Source of the DNA: Chrysemys picta bellii
Lineage: Eukaryota
Direction of reading: 5' to 3'
DNA: 64,000 nucleotides
NCBI RefSeq assembly: GCF_011386835.1
Contig: NC_088794.1
Coordinates: forward strand, 76,012,001 to 76,076,000
Below, in pieces: positions 1 through 12,293 of this stretch. The translations under genes and the position numbers were made by a program. Each line of letters opens with the position of its first letter. Position 1 is the stretch's first letter. The notes beneath the pieces are model-generated. The model saw only the letters and a program-made list of their open reading frames with translations. It did no database searches and was not told the DNA's origin.

Positions 1-542
1 ACGTGATCGCAAATGTCCCTGAGCTAAAGCTCTGTATAGGAGTTCGTTCTTGCTTTGTGTCCTTCATTCAAGAATCTCAAAGTAGTATATAAACATTCAC
101 TTTCTGTAAGCCCGGTAGCACCCCTGTGAGGTGCACTGTCCCTTTGTGTTGTTTTTATTACTGTAGCCAATTTACAGCTGAGTAATCCTACTTCAATTGT
201 AAGCACTGTCTTTTTGTTCTGTGTTCGTACACAGTGGGGTCCAGGTCCATGACTAGGGCTCCGAGGCACTATGGTAATAGACATCAGAATTAAATAGTAG
301 TACTATTAATAAATATAGGGGCAGGGAAAGATGATTTGCTCATGGTCACATAGTGAGCTAGTGGCCCTGTTGGGAATGGACTGATGCACTGGGGGCTAAG
401 AACACTTGTGCACAGGGGCTCGGGAAGGACTCAGAAGTTTTCCCACCATATGCCATGAACTAATTGCTAAAGCAGCTCAATTTAGTGAGGCGCTAAGGCC
501 CCTGGGATATGTCCCTCAAAAATCCTAGTGCCGAGCCTGTAT

Positions 543-1353
543 TAGGGTTACCATATCCAGCAAATAAAAAAAGAGGACCCTCCACGGGCCCTGGCCCCAC
601 CCATTTCCCTACCCCCCCCAGCTTCGCCCCTCCCCGCCCTAACTCCGCCCCCTCCTCCCTCCCACTCCCAGCCACGAGGAAAGGGCTGCCCCAGCGCTAC
701 TGGCTTCACGGTTTGCTGTGCAGCCCCCAGACCCTGCACCCCCGGCCGGCGCTTCCCCAGCGCAGCTGGAGCCCGGGAGGGGAAGCGCCCAGCCAGGGGC
801 GCAGGGTCTGGAGGCTGCCCGGCAAACCATGAAGCCAGTAGCGCTTGGGCTTCGGGCAGCCCCCTTGCCTCCGGACCCTGCGCCCCCAGCCGGGCACTTC
901 CCCTCCCGGGCTCCGGCGGCGCAGGGTCCGGAGGCATGGGGGCTGCCCGAAGCCGATAGCGCTGGGGCAGCCCGGCTCTTAAACAGAACCAAAGAGTCAG
1001 GGGAGGAGCAGAGCCTCCAGCCGCGGCGGCTCTGCTCCTCCCCGACTCTGTTTAAGAGCCAGGCTGCCCGAGCGCTACCGGCTTCGGGCAGCCCCCATGC
1101 CTCCGGACCCTGCGCCGCCGGAGCCCGGGAGGGGAAGTGCCCGGCAGGCGGCTGGGGTCCGGAGGCAAGGGGGCTGCCCGAAGCCGGTAGCGCTCAGGCA
1201 GCTCGGCTCTTAAACAGAGCCGAAGAGTCAGGGGAGGAGCAGAGCCGCCATTTTCCCGGACATGTTCGGCTTTTTGGCAATTCCCCCCGGACGGGGGTTT
1301 GAGTGCCGAAAAGCCGGACATGTCCGGGAAAAAGAGGACGTATGGTAACCCTA
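543..1353. mobile_element. Non-autonomous hAT (Tip100-like) MITE with GC-rich interior
   Basis: TIR TAGGGTTACCATA at 543 and TATGGTAACCCTA ending 1353; perfect 8-bp TSD GCCTGTAT at 535-542 and 1354-1361. Confidence 0.93.
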
Positions 1354-2516
1354 GCCTGTATAATCACTGGTACATGGGTATGAGTTGTGTGCAACTCTGC
1401 AGTGCAACTGCTTGGAGGCGGGGTCGGCAAGCACGGCTCTGTGTGCATATGAGCCACCAGCTGGGTACACTCTGCAGTGTAGACATACCCTAAGACCTGG
1501 GTCTTATACCTAATAGTCCTGATTTCCAGTCCTCTGATCTAATCACTAACCTACACTCCCTCCCAAAGCTCCAAGTATCTTCTCTATAGTGGATGCATAG
1601 CCTGGAGAAAGATGATCTAAGGGTTTGATTCTGGGAAGTGCTGAGTACCCATTATCTTCAGCTGCTGGAAGCTGAAGGCATAGGGTTTACCATTGTATTA
1701 CTGCAATGGTATGGGCCTTTATTCTAGGATACTGTTATATTTTCCCCTGAGAAGGGAAATTTAAATAAATCCTTTCAGTGAGAGAAACAGTCTCCTTTTG
1801 TCCGGTGTAATTCACCGCACATGGAGTACCTTGCATTTTGCACAATCCAAGGACCTTCCCCATCCCCACGTCTCTGCCATACCACTGGCACCTCAATTTT
1901 CATTTGCACTGCTCCTCTGCAAATGAAAGAATAAATTGAAAGCAGTGTAAATGTGCAACTGTTATTTGCAGCATGATGGAGAGCGCTTGGTGAGGGGAAA
2001 GGGCTTCCGCTCACAGAGGAACTGATTTCACTTTCACATGCTGGGAACCCTTCAAGGGCAGAAGAATCTGAAGGGAGAGGAGTTTATTTTCTATCATTTT
2101 TCATGAGCAACCGGAAATGAGACTCTGGGGGGAGCTATTTCAGGGTATGAGTTTACCATCTGTGGCCTCTTGAAATTAATGAGTATGATTGATCAGCTTA
2201 GAGAGGCACAATATGTTTGTGCTGCTGTTACCATTAAGTTAACCCAGTATGGGTAGTATATTATGTAAAGCTGCCTTACAGATCCATCCCAATGGAGGCA
2301 CCCTATCTGGAGTACTGACATGCTGTTTTGTAGGATGAAATGGGAGACAGACGTGACCTGATTGTTCAGCCAGGCAATCCCATTACACAGCCCAATCCAT
2401 AGATCTACCCTGATCAGCAAGGGAGCAGGAGCTGTAATCAGATTAGGGAAACTGCCACATCAGCTGGCCTTCCCCCAGGTGATATACTTAAGCTATTCTG
2501 GGAAAAAGTCTGGCCC

Positions 2517-2845
2517 TGGGGTTGCCAGGTGTCTGGTTTTTGACCAGAACGCTGACCGAGCCATTAAAAGTCCGGTTGGCGCGGGGCTGGCAGGTTCCCT
2601 ACCTGGCTCCGCCCGACTCCCCAGAAGTGGCAACATGCCCCTCGGCTCCTAAGTGGAGAGACGGCCACGGGGAGATCTGTGTGCTGTCCTTGCCCCACTT
2701 CGAGTGCCGGCTCCGCTGCTCCCATTGGCTGCGAGGGCGGCACCTGCAGGCGGAGGCAGCATGCAGAGCCACCTGGATGCGCCTCTGCCTAGGAGCAGAG
2801 GGACATGTCGCCGCTTGTGCGGAGCCCGCACCCCAAAGCCCTGAC
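2517..2845. mobile_element. Truncated hAT MITE fragment
   Basis: Starts with GGGGTTGCCA (hAT TIR-like), followed by a GC-rich interior similar to the 22.2-23.3 kb element; no right TIR or TSD found. Confidence 0.5.
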
Positions 2846-3083
2846 CCATTTGTCTAAGGAGTGAATTACACAAAGCGTCCTGCCAGTTGGACAAATAGGA
2901 GGAGAGGTGGAGAGACGGAAAGGAGGGGTTTAGATGACTATCATGGGCATCAAGGAGTCTGTGGCAAGAGAGAACATTTACTTGTGAGTCACATATTCGG
3001 AACAAAGATATCGCCTGACAGTAAACACAGCTGAATTGTATTGCATTCACGCTCCAACTGCTACTATGCACGCACCTCCTACT

Positions 3084-3346
3084 CAGCGGCGGCTCCAGGC
3101 ACCAGCGCTCCAAGCGCATGCCTGGGGCGGCAAGCCACGGGGGGTGCCCTGCCGGTCCCTGCAAGGGTGGCAGTCAGGCAGCCTTCGGCGGCATGCCTGC
3201 GGGAGGTCTGCTGGTCCTGTGGATTCAGCGGCAATTCAGTGGCGGGTATGCCAAAGCCACGGGACTGGCGGACCTCCCCCAGGCATGCCGCTGAAGGCAG
3301 CCTGCCTGCCATGCTTGGGGCGGCAAAAAAGCTAGAGCTGCCCCTG
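3084..3346. mobile_element. hAT MITE
   Basis: TIRs CAGCGGCGGCTC / GAGCTGCCCCTG; perfect 8-bp TSD CTCCTACT at 3076-3083 and 3347-3354. Confidence 0.9.
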
Positions 3347-3623
3347 CTCCTACTGTCATCATTTCCTCACTGTAGGAACCTTCTAATGATGGGGAAATAA
3401 TGACATGTTTGAGTTAATATAAAAATGGAATTAGCGGATAGCTCAGAAGTGGTCAAAAGCTGATAATGGTGCTCAGTAAATATGCTGCATTTGGGGTGGG
3501 TGGTCTTTTTTTATTTGTAGTTTTTCCCCTCTCTTTCTTGGCAGCCTCAAGGAACAAGAGGCCAGAATCAGATTTTCCCATGTAACAGTTGGGGCAGTTT
3601 AAACCATTGTGTCTCATCATTTT

Positions 3624-3858
3624 GCAGAAGGATGGTCCGGTGGTTGGGATGCTAGCCTGGGACTTGGGAGCCTTTGGGAGCAGGGATTCGCTCTCTTCCA
3701 CTGACTTCCTCTGTGATCTTGGGCAAGTCCCTTCGTTTCTCAGTGCCTCAGTTCCCCATCTGTGCAATGTGGATGATAGCACTTCTCTACCTCCCAGGGG
3801 GATTGTGAGGCTAAATACCTGAATGACTGTGAGACTCTCTGATACTATGGTAATAGGC
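3624..3858 (+). mobile_element. tRNA-derived CORE-SINE (MIR-like)
   Basis: Degenerate A/B-box head followed by the CORE-like motif GGGCAAGTC...GCCTCAGTTCCCCATCTGT. Confidence 0.65.
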
Positions 3859-6065
3859 TTTAGATAGATTCTGTAAGCTGGTGCTTCCTGAATTCAGGAC
3901 CTCCCCAGAGAGTGTGGAACTTCTGAGTTGCGTTTCCGTGTGTCCCCTTCATGGTGAATGCCCCGTGCTGTAATGAGTTCTGTTTGAGCTCCCTATTGAC
4001 ATCAGTGGGGTTTCATGTGGGCACAGAGGTCCACTGACAAGTTTATTGGTCCTGGCCTAGATAAGTGTAGGCAGAGGCATGGAGTAGCAACTATTAAATT
4101 TCATGGTGGAGTTTTCTGGTGAGAACTGGAAGTTCTTCATTAGGCCTTTCACTTAACTATCACAGCAGGTACAGTTAGGTATTGCCTAATATCTTATCAG
4201 GCTGGGCCACATTTCATATGTGAGCATAATGCTTGTCCCCATATGGACCCCAGTGAAGTCAAAAAATCCTGTAGTTAGTAGTGCAATATGGGTAAGGGCA
4301 TGTGCCAGTTAACATCCATATGGGATTATCCTGCTCTCAGGGTTTATGTATCCTGATGGACCATGAAGGAATTAAGCCTTTCCATTGGGGAGGAGGGAGA
4401 ACAGCTCAAAGCGTAGGGAAGACTGCCTCTTGCAAAGGAAAAAAACTGGGATTTGTGCCCCTTTTTGCTTCTTCATAATGGAAGAGCAAGGTCTGAAAGC
4501 ATGTTGTAAAAAAACCAACAAACCAAAACCAAACCACCAAGAAACAAAAAAACCTAAACAAACCAACCTTTTGCTCCTTCTTTATTCATTATAAAGAAGC
4601 AAAAAACAAAGGACCAAATCTAGTTTTTCAAAATTTCAGGCCAGCCACCTTTAACCTTTGTCAGGTTCTGGAGAGAAGCCCATAGCTGTGGCTTGTTTTG
4701 GAAGGTGCAGCTGACAGCTGGGCCTCAGTAAGAGAAACGGTTTGGTTGGGAGACTCCAGGGAAGGAGTTAAGTTCCTGCGTCCTCTGGGGCCTGTGTTTG
4801 GGAGCAGTGGTCTCTTCTTTATATACTTCTTGCTGCAAGGCAGGCCTGTGCTATCGAGCTACATCCTGCTTGTGTGTTTCATTTCCCTGTTGCTTTGGAA
4901 AAATGACCCCTGAAGAACTGATTTTGGTCTTAAAGAGAAAGAGACATCTTAGTTTATGCTGCTTTCGTATTGCTTGCTTCTTTTAAAGGGTGAGCATTTT
5001 GTTTGTAATAAATGGTGTACACAGGCAGGCAGAATTGTAGAAAAGACAAGTTTATTGGTGGCCAACTTATATTGCTGAGTTCCAGGTGTCATGCCAAAAT
5101 GGATCCATCTTGAAACCTAGCCATCTTTCTCTAGTCCCACTTATGTTTTGACACTGGGCAGCCCCTCTTACAAACCCATTTTGAAAATACGGTCTAGTGT
5201 GTGTAAGGGCGTGCCTGCCTTGGGGAAGAGGTTTTGGTAGACTGTGCATAGGCCAGAGACAACAGATCTAGTAAAGGGAAGATGAATTTCAGCTTTCTGT
5301 GTCCTGGCCCTGACTCGGTTGGCTCTCATTAAAAGTTAGCTTTTAACAAAACCTGATTTCTCTGTTTGTTCCACGTAAGCGGCCACATGAGCAGTCATCC
5401 AGCCTCTCCAGAGACTACAACAGCCCTCTGTGACTATAGACATAGAGTCCTAGCAGCCCTCGGAGGGAGCACACATAAGTAGTGTAAGACCAAGATATGA
5501 GCAGCTTTAAGACTGTTAACATCTAGAGGCGCATCTCCATTCAACTTTAAATATTATCAAAAACTACCTCAGCTATTCCCTAGACAAAGAGTAAAGACAG
5601 TAGCCAGGGTCCTGGCACCTGACTAACAAAAGCTACTGCTAGAACTGTGTATATTCTCGTTGAGCTCACCAGTGATGACCAATGTACATATCAAGAAGTA
5701 AATATAGGTTTATAGAAGCAGATTTTCCATTCAAAGAACAGAAGCAAAACATTGTTTGCAAAATGGACAGAGAAGAAAATTACTAAAGGAAGAAACAGAA
5801 TGTCAAAATTGCTTCTTAGTCTGTGTGAGTCTTTTCTAGAATTCTGAAAGAATTTGATTTGAGCAGCAAATGTAGCTGGTTTATTTAAAAGTTTATTACA
5901 GATAATAATTATAAGTTTTGGGAAACCAAAATAGCAATCTCAACAAGTACATTTATAGGATCCTAATCAGCCTCTAGGTCACAAGTCTGAATGCTCTCTG
6001 CCTGCTTCTTAGTTGCACTCAAGCATATTAAACATAGGCCAGTATGCAATATAAAGATGCACCTC

Positions 6066-6157
6066 AGCCCCCAATTCTGCAATGATGGCAGATATTAGTG
6101 GGTCTCCGACTGGAGCCAATGATTCACCCGTGCAGAGATCATTGCAGGATTGGGGCT
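6066..6157. repeat. Short imperfect palindrome (MITE-like)
   Basis: AGCCCCCAATTCTGCAATGAT ... ATCATTGCAGGATTGGGGCT terminal inverted arms. Confidence 0.6.
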
Positions 6158-7149
6158 CTAGTGTGTAATTTATCTTGCATTCAAACACATACCTTTTTCC
6201 AGTGCTTTTAAAGTGATAGTGATTTTTTTAAGTTGACAGTGCTGTTGAAAACACAGCACAAGTGAATAGCCTAAATATCAAATGATATTCTTCTTTATTT
6301 GTATTGCTCTTGTGCCAAGGATTCCCAATCATGGACCAGAGCGCCATGCTGCTAGGCGCTGTGCAAACAGCTCCTACCACAAAGAGTTTATAGCCTACAC
6401 ACTTTTTAACTGAAGATAAAATTCACCAGAAAAGGTAACAATTATGGGTTTTGTTATTATCCCCTAATATGCAAGTAAGAAAACCAGTCAAGCTTGTAAG
6501 ATGGGTTTGTTAATCACTGGCAGTCACTGGGCCAGATCCTCAGCTGGTATAAACTGGCACAGTTTGTCAATGGAGGTCAATGAGAGTGTGTCACAGCGTG
6601 TTTGGTGCTGTACAAATGAAGAGATGGTTCCTGCCCATCAAAAACCTGATCATTCTTCGATTCAGGAGTTCCAGGAGTGGGCTTTTCTATTGGTGCAATA
6701 GAGCACCAAACTGCGAGTCACCTGAGTTGGGTTCTGTTCTCAGCCTGACCGTAGACTGACTGTGTGATGTAAGGCACAAATGCTCTGCGTCAGATTCCTC
6801 GTATGTAATTGGAGGAAAATACTGCTTCTGCTTATCCACCTTTGTGCGGCACTGAATGATCTACAGCTGGAAAGCCCAATACAAGTGCTAAGTATTATTG
6901 CTGTTTATTATTAAATAAACTGTGAAGAATGTAAAAATATTGAAAAGCAATACAAATAAGACTACTTGACAGTTGCCTTTGAATGTGTATTGATTTTAAG
7001 ATCCTTGTGGGCATGAAAACAAGGCTTTTGCATTTAGCATCTTGACACAGAATTCTGGTTATTGTAATGCAGACTCATTGATTGGAGTTGAATGATTCAG
7101 GAAAGCTTCCCTATTGATTACTGTTGCTGACAGATAATTCTTGCCTTGA

Positions 7150-7266
7150 GGACTTATCTACACGAGACTTCACCCCCTCAAAAAAAAAAAAAATTTCCCA
7201 CGGTGGTTGTTATTGGTGTAGCTTCACTGATTATTGCAATGGTGGGAGTGCTAGTGTAGACATGTC
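7150..7266. mobile_element. Small Harbinger MITE
   Basis: GGACTTATCTACAC ... GTGTAGACATGTC, Harbinger-type TIRs. Confidence 0.5.
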
Positions 7267-7737
7267 ACTGGCATTTTAAACACTGTGGACTTGATTTTCC
7301 ATTGCCCTGTACCCTGTGTGGTCATTTACAAAGTGCAGAATGGGTGAAAAATGCTACTGAGTCTGAATGGTAAAATTTTGTTCCTACTTTGCTCTGGTAT
7401 AAATGACTAAACAAGGTGCAGGGCAATGGAGAATTGGGCTCTGTGTTGACTAGACGAGCTTTGATTTAGAGTTTGGGCCCCATCTCTAATCATTAAATAT
7501 ATCTCATCCTAACAACCTTTCTACTCTTCTTGTTGAGTACACAGAGAAAGGCCCGGATTGTGATTTCAGACCCTGGTTTGTCCCCTTCATCCTTACAAAA
7601 TCTTCTGTCATCTTTAAAATGGCTGTTTTCCCTCTTTCTCTGGCCTCTCAGCTGAAGCACCTGGTGCCTTTTGAGTTTCACTTGTTGACATTCTAAGCTC
7701 TCGTGATGGGAGTGTTAATGTGTCTGAGGACACCATC

Positions 7738-8649
7738 TGTCAAGGCTGATTCCCCACTCTGGCACTTCGAGTGCAGTAGGTGGGGGCCTGCAAGGATTTT
7801 AAAAATTAATAGTTGCCACTCCAGGCAAGGTTACAGCTTTTCTCTGACCTTGGTTTGGTAAACACTGCCACCACCCAAATGCAAAACCCCTTTTTTGGAA
7901 CCCAGGAAGGCGCACTTGGGAATTCCTCCCTGTCGAGTACCCTCAAGCCCATTCACCTCCCCTCCAGGGAAGAGCTGAGAAAGAAAACAAAGGAAATTAG
8001 CTGTTGCCACCAGCTAATTAAACAACATATGCACAAATCTCTTAGGACACCAAAAATCCAATCCTGTTCTTTAAAAGGGTAAATTTTATTAAAAACAAAA
8101 AGAAAGAAAATACATCTGGAAGTTAGGCTTTTGCTAGATTTTAAAAGAGCAATTCCAAAAATTAAGCACCCAAAATAGCTTTCTTGGGGGTTCAGCTTAA
8201 AGGTTAGAAGCAAACAAAAGCATCTGGGACTAGCACAGAGGAGGTCACTAGCCATAAGAAATAAACAGAAATAAACCTAATTGCGTCTTTCTAAATATTT
8301 CTGATCTACTTACACATTTGGGAGTTCCAAATAAGTAGTTCTATGTATGAGCTGATGATTTATGATCATACCTGGCTTAAAGCTTCTCATAGCATAACTG
8401 CTCCCTGTTCACCTGGTTCCCAGACAATAACAACAGCGACAAAGGGGAAGTTTTTTCCCATTTTAAAAAGTTCTAGCCTTCTCATTGGCTCTTTTGGTCA
8501 GGTGACTCCCTTTCCTTCACTTGGGGGGACTTTTTTAACCCTTTACAGGTAAAGCAATCAGAGAACAGCCACCAAGAGGGACTTTACAGCTAACTTACTG
8601 GCTGGATGTCCATAAAAGGGAGCTACCTCCCCACCCTTCATTTATCATA
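7738..8649 (-). mobile_element. Solo LTR (Gypsy/ERV-type)
   Basis: Begins TGTCAA and ends TATCATA (decayed TG...CA); perfect 5-bp TSD CCATC at 7733-7737 and 8650-8654; minus-strand AATAAA at 8085-8090; 912 bp long. Confidence 0.75.
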
Positions 8650-9310
8650 CCATCACTGACGGATGTGACCTGTAAGATACCAGCGGTGCTCCCAGATGCC
8701 AATACGTGTCCATGTTCTATATACCACTGCAGACATTTATTTCTATTATAATTGGAAGTGATTGTCTTAATGTCTGCATGAAGAGGACATTAAAAGTTAA
8801 TGGCTTGAATAATGCAATGTCCCTTCCCCCAACATGTTGAACGCTCTCAAATGACCCCTTAAAATTTGATTGATGGGTCAGGCCACTCCCCACTGGATGA
8901 TGAATCTGACTAACTTGCAAGTTGTCCCAGAGAAGACAGGCTACTATATCTCAGCAGGACGTGTCAGGCTACTGCCTGAGACTAATCCCCGGGTGTTATA
9001 ACCTTTATCCCTGATCTCATCCTACCTTAACAAACGTTAATTAACGCTCACAACACTCCTGTGAGAACATTAGGTTTAACAAATCTCAGATCAATAAAAA
9101 GGTTTCCATTTTTTCAAAATGTGAATTAAAGCAGGTTTTGTTTGTATTTCAACATTTTTCCCTCTAGTGTTTGCAACTCAGACATTGCAGCAGAGCTAGT
9201 GCTGGAGAGTCAGAAGGGACAGAGACTAGGGACAGAAATGGAACAGACTTAATCTCTCTTTATTTTCCTAGTGGAGAGAAAAGCATAAAGTAAACAAGCA
9301 GCATAACAAA

Positions 9311-9702
9311 GGCCTTGTCTACACTATAAAATTATGTTGACCTAATTTACGTCAGCATACAGCCATCACAGTTGTTAAATCACTTGTGTGCACACTTGGC
9401 TCCTTGTGTTGGCAGTGTGTGTCCTCACCAGGAGCGCTAGTATCAATTGTACTGTCGGTGTGGAGCATTGTGGGATGGCTCCTGAAAGCCAGTAACAGTC
9501 GACGTAAGCAATGCAGTGTCTATGCTGACACTGCATTGACCTAGCTACATTGACCATGACTCTATGCCGCGTGGGGAGGTGGTGTTACTCAATCGGCGTA
9601 GAGAGGCACTTACGTCGGCAGGAGCCAAATTTAAGTGAAGACACTTCCACAGCTCAGTCAACGCAGCTTACCTTGACCTAACCCTGTAATGTACACCAGG
9701 CC
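9311..9702. mobile_element. Harbinger MITE
   Basis: TIRs GGCCTTGTCTACACTA / TAATGTACACCAGGCC; followed by TTA (left TSD not intact). Confidence 0.7.
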
Positions 9703-9801
9703 TTAGTAAACAAGGTTGGTTACACAGTGAATGAGCGGCAAACCCAAGTTCTGACTCCCAGTTCCCTACTCTGATCAATTAAGATTGCTGCCAGACTGTA
9801 A

Positions 9802-10062
9802 GGCCTGGTTTATACTTAAAAATTAGATCCCTCTAGCTGCATAGTTCAAGGCTGTGAAAAATTTCACAACCTGAGCACTATAGTTAGGTCAACCTAACCT
9901 CTGGTGTAGGTGCAGCTAGGTCAACAAAAGAATTCTTCTGCCAACCCATCTATTAGATGCACGAACTATATTGACGGAAAACCCCCTTCTGTCAAAGTAG
10001 GACATCTACGCTGTGGTGCTACACTGACACAGCTGCAGTGCCACTGTAATATAGACATGGCC
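9802..10062. mobile_element. Harbinger MITE
   Basis: TIRs GGCCTGGTTTATACTTA / TAATATAGACATGGCC; TAA TSD on both sides (9799-9801, 10063-10065). Confidence 0.8.
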
Positions 10063-11216
10063 TAAGTTAGAAAGTTCCATGGCTCAGAGATGTTGAACAA
10101 ACTCAGCATTGGTCTGTCTCTCAGATGATGTTACTATATTTGGATATTTTAAGGCAAGCAAAGACCATTGTGATCACTTAGTCAGATCTTGACATGCAGT
10201 AGTTTAGGTTATTGTACTTGGAAATGACTGAGTTCTTATATATTAACAATGACTTTCAGCCATAGGTCCTCTGTGATTGGTATTCAAAACAGTTTAACAG
10301 TAAGTCTCAATCATACCTTCTGCAATGGTATGGGAAATGGTTCCATTTCCAATCTATACTATGTTAATTTGTCATCAAGGCCAGTTGAGGAAAGCCCATT
10401 CTGGAACCCACTGTTGACAAGAGCTCAATTTCCCAGTGTAGATGGAGCTAAAGGGACATTCTAATCTCCCCAGAGCCATGGATTACAACCTTCAGTATAA
10501 GAATTGAGTGAAACGGTAAGAGGCTGTGAGGAGTATAGTGAATTCTATGACAACAAACTGGTTTTAGAGACATTGCACTAGTACATCCAGCAATTAAATG
10601 TTCTGTTTTCATTACAAAGGCTTCCATGCCACAGCCTTTTGCATTCACCGCCAGCCACTGGATATATGGGCCTATAGGCATTTTGAAAACCCGTTATTAG
10701 TCTGCTGATTCTGTTGCCTTTCGTCTCTCCCAACCCACCGACTCCCATTATTTATGATCCTCTGCGCCTCCTTCTTTAACCACTAGGTGTCACTGGGCCT
10801 CACAACAAAAGTCCATTTATATGCTGGTTCTTCCTAAGTAATGGGAAATGATCCATGCAGATAAACAGGAGCCAGAGAATGAATCTGCATGGTGTTCCCT
10901 AAAGCAAGATCTGGAATAGTTGCAACTTGGACTCCTTATTCATTCCAGGGGTGGCATACCCAAGCCCACCTATCCACTAACACTTTAAAAACCCTTGCAC
11001 CCCAATCTGGGTCTATGCAGGTTATGCGATATATATGTATCTTCTCATCCTTGCAAACGATACCTGTAACCCCCCATAACCCAAGCCTGACCCCAGATGT
11101 ACAGTACCTTGCCTCTTATTTTGTGTATAGGTTTCAGAGTAGCAGCCGTGTTAGTCTGTATCCGCAAAAAGAACAGGAGTACTTGTGGCACCTTAGAGAC
11201 TAACAAATTTATTAGA

Positions 11217-11256
11217 GCATAAGCTTTCGTGGGCTACAGCCCACTTCTTCGGATGC
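11217..11256 (-). ncRNA. Minimal type I hammerhead ribozyme motif in the PLE pLTR
   Basis: Minus strand GCAU-CCGAAGA-A-GUGGGC(UGUA)GCCCAC-GAAA-GC-UU/AUGC: 4-bp stem I, 6-bp stem II, loopless palindromic stem III (AGCU); predicted cut between 11221 and 11220; U4 is C. Confidence 0.75.
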
Positions 11257-11446
11257 GTATAGAGTGGAACATATATTGAGGAGATATATATACACACATA
11301 CAGAGAGCATGAACAGGTGGGAGTTGTCTTACCAACTCTGAGAGGCCAATTAAGTAAGAGAAAAAAACTTTTGAAGTGATAATCAAGATAGCCCAGTACA
11401 GACAGTTTGATAAGAAGTGTGAAAATACTTACAAGGGGAGATAGAT

Positions 11447-12293
11447 TCAATGTTTGTAATGGCTCAGCCATTCCCAGTTCTTATTCAATCCTGAGTTGAT
11501 TGTATCTAGTTTGCATATCCATTCCAGCCCAGCAGTCTCTCCTTGGAGTCTGTTTCTGAAGTTTTTCTGTTGTAAGATAGCCACCCGCAGGTCTGTCATT
11601 GAATGGCCAGACAGGTTAAAGTGTTCTCCCACTGGTTTTTGAGTATTATGATTCCTGATGTCAGATTTGTGTCCATTAATTCTTTTGCGCAGAGACTGTC
11701 CGGTCTGGCCAATGTACATGGCAGAGGGGCATTGCTGGCACATGATAGCATATATCACATTGGTAGATGTGCAGGTGAACGAGCCCCTGATGGTATGGCT
11801 GATGTGAATAGGTCCTATGATGATGTCACTTGAACAGATATGTGGACAGAGTTGGCATTGGGCTTTATTACAATGATAGGTTCCTGGGTCAGTGTTTTTG
11901 TTCAGTGATGTGTGGTTGCTGGTGAGTATTTGCTTTAGGTTGGGGGGTTGTGTGTAAGCGAGGACAGGTCTGACTCCCAAGATCTGTGAGAGTAAAGGAT
12001 CATCTTTCAGGATAGGTTGTAGATCTCTGATGATGCGCTGGAGAGGTTTTAGTTGGGGGCTGAAGGTGACAGCTAGTGGTGTTCTGTTATTTTCTTTGTT
12101 GGGCCTGTCTTGTAGGAGGTGACTTCTGGGTACTCGTCTGGCTCTGTCAATCTGTTTTTTCACTTCAGCAGGTGGGTATTGTAGTTTTAAGAATGCTTGA
12201 TAGAGATCTTGTAGGTGCTTGTCTCTATCTGAGGGATTGGAGCAAATGCGGTTATATCTTAGAGCTTGGCTGTAGACAATGGATCGTGTGGTG
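11447..12293 (-). pseudogene. PLE ORF C-terminal part: RT thumb, Cys-rich linker and GIY-YIG endonuclease
   Basis: Open frame TTRSIVYSQALRYNRICS...CNKAQCQLCPHI...NVIYAIMCQQCPSAMYIGQTGQSLRKRINGH...HYKH*; GIY-YIG-type VIY...YIG motif. Confidence 0.93.

Noticed and set aside
493-1457. Many overlapping Pro/Gly/Ala-rich ORFs up to 194 aa
   Set aside because: They lie within a GC-rich hAT MITE and are open on both strands; stop codons are rare because of composition, and there are no domain motifs.
5360-5900. Coding-looking unique stretch
   Set aside because: The frame I translated has several stops and no recognisable family, and the ORF track reports no ORF here.
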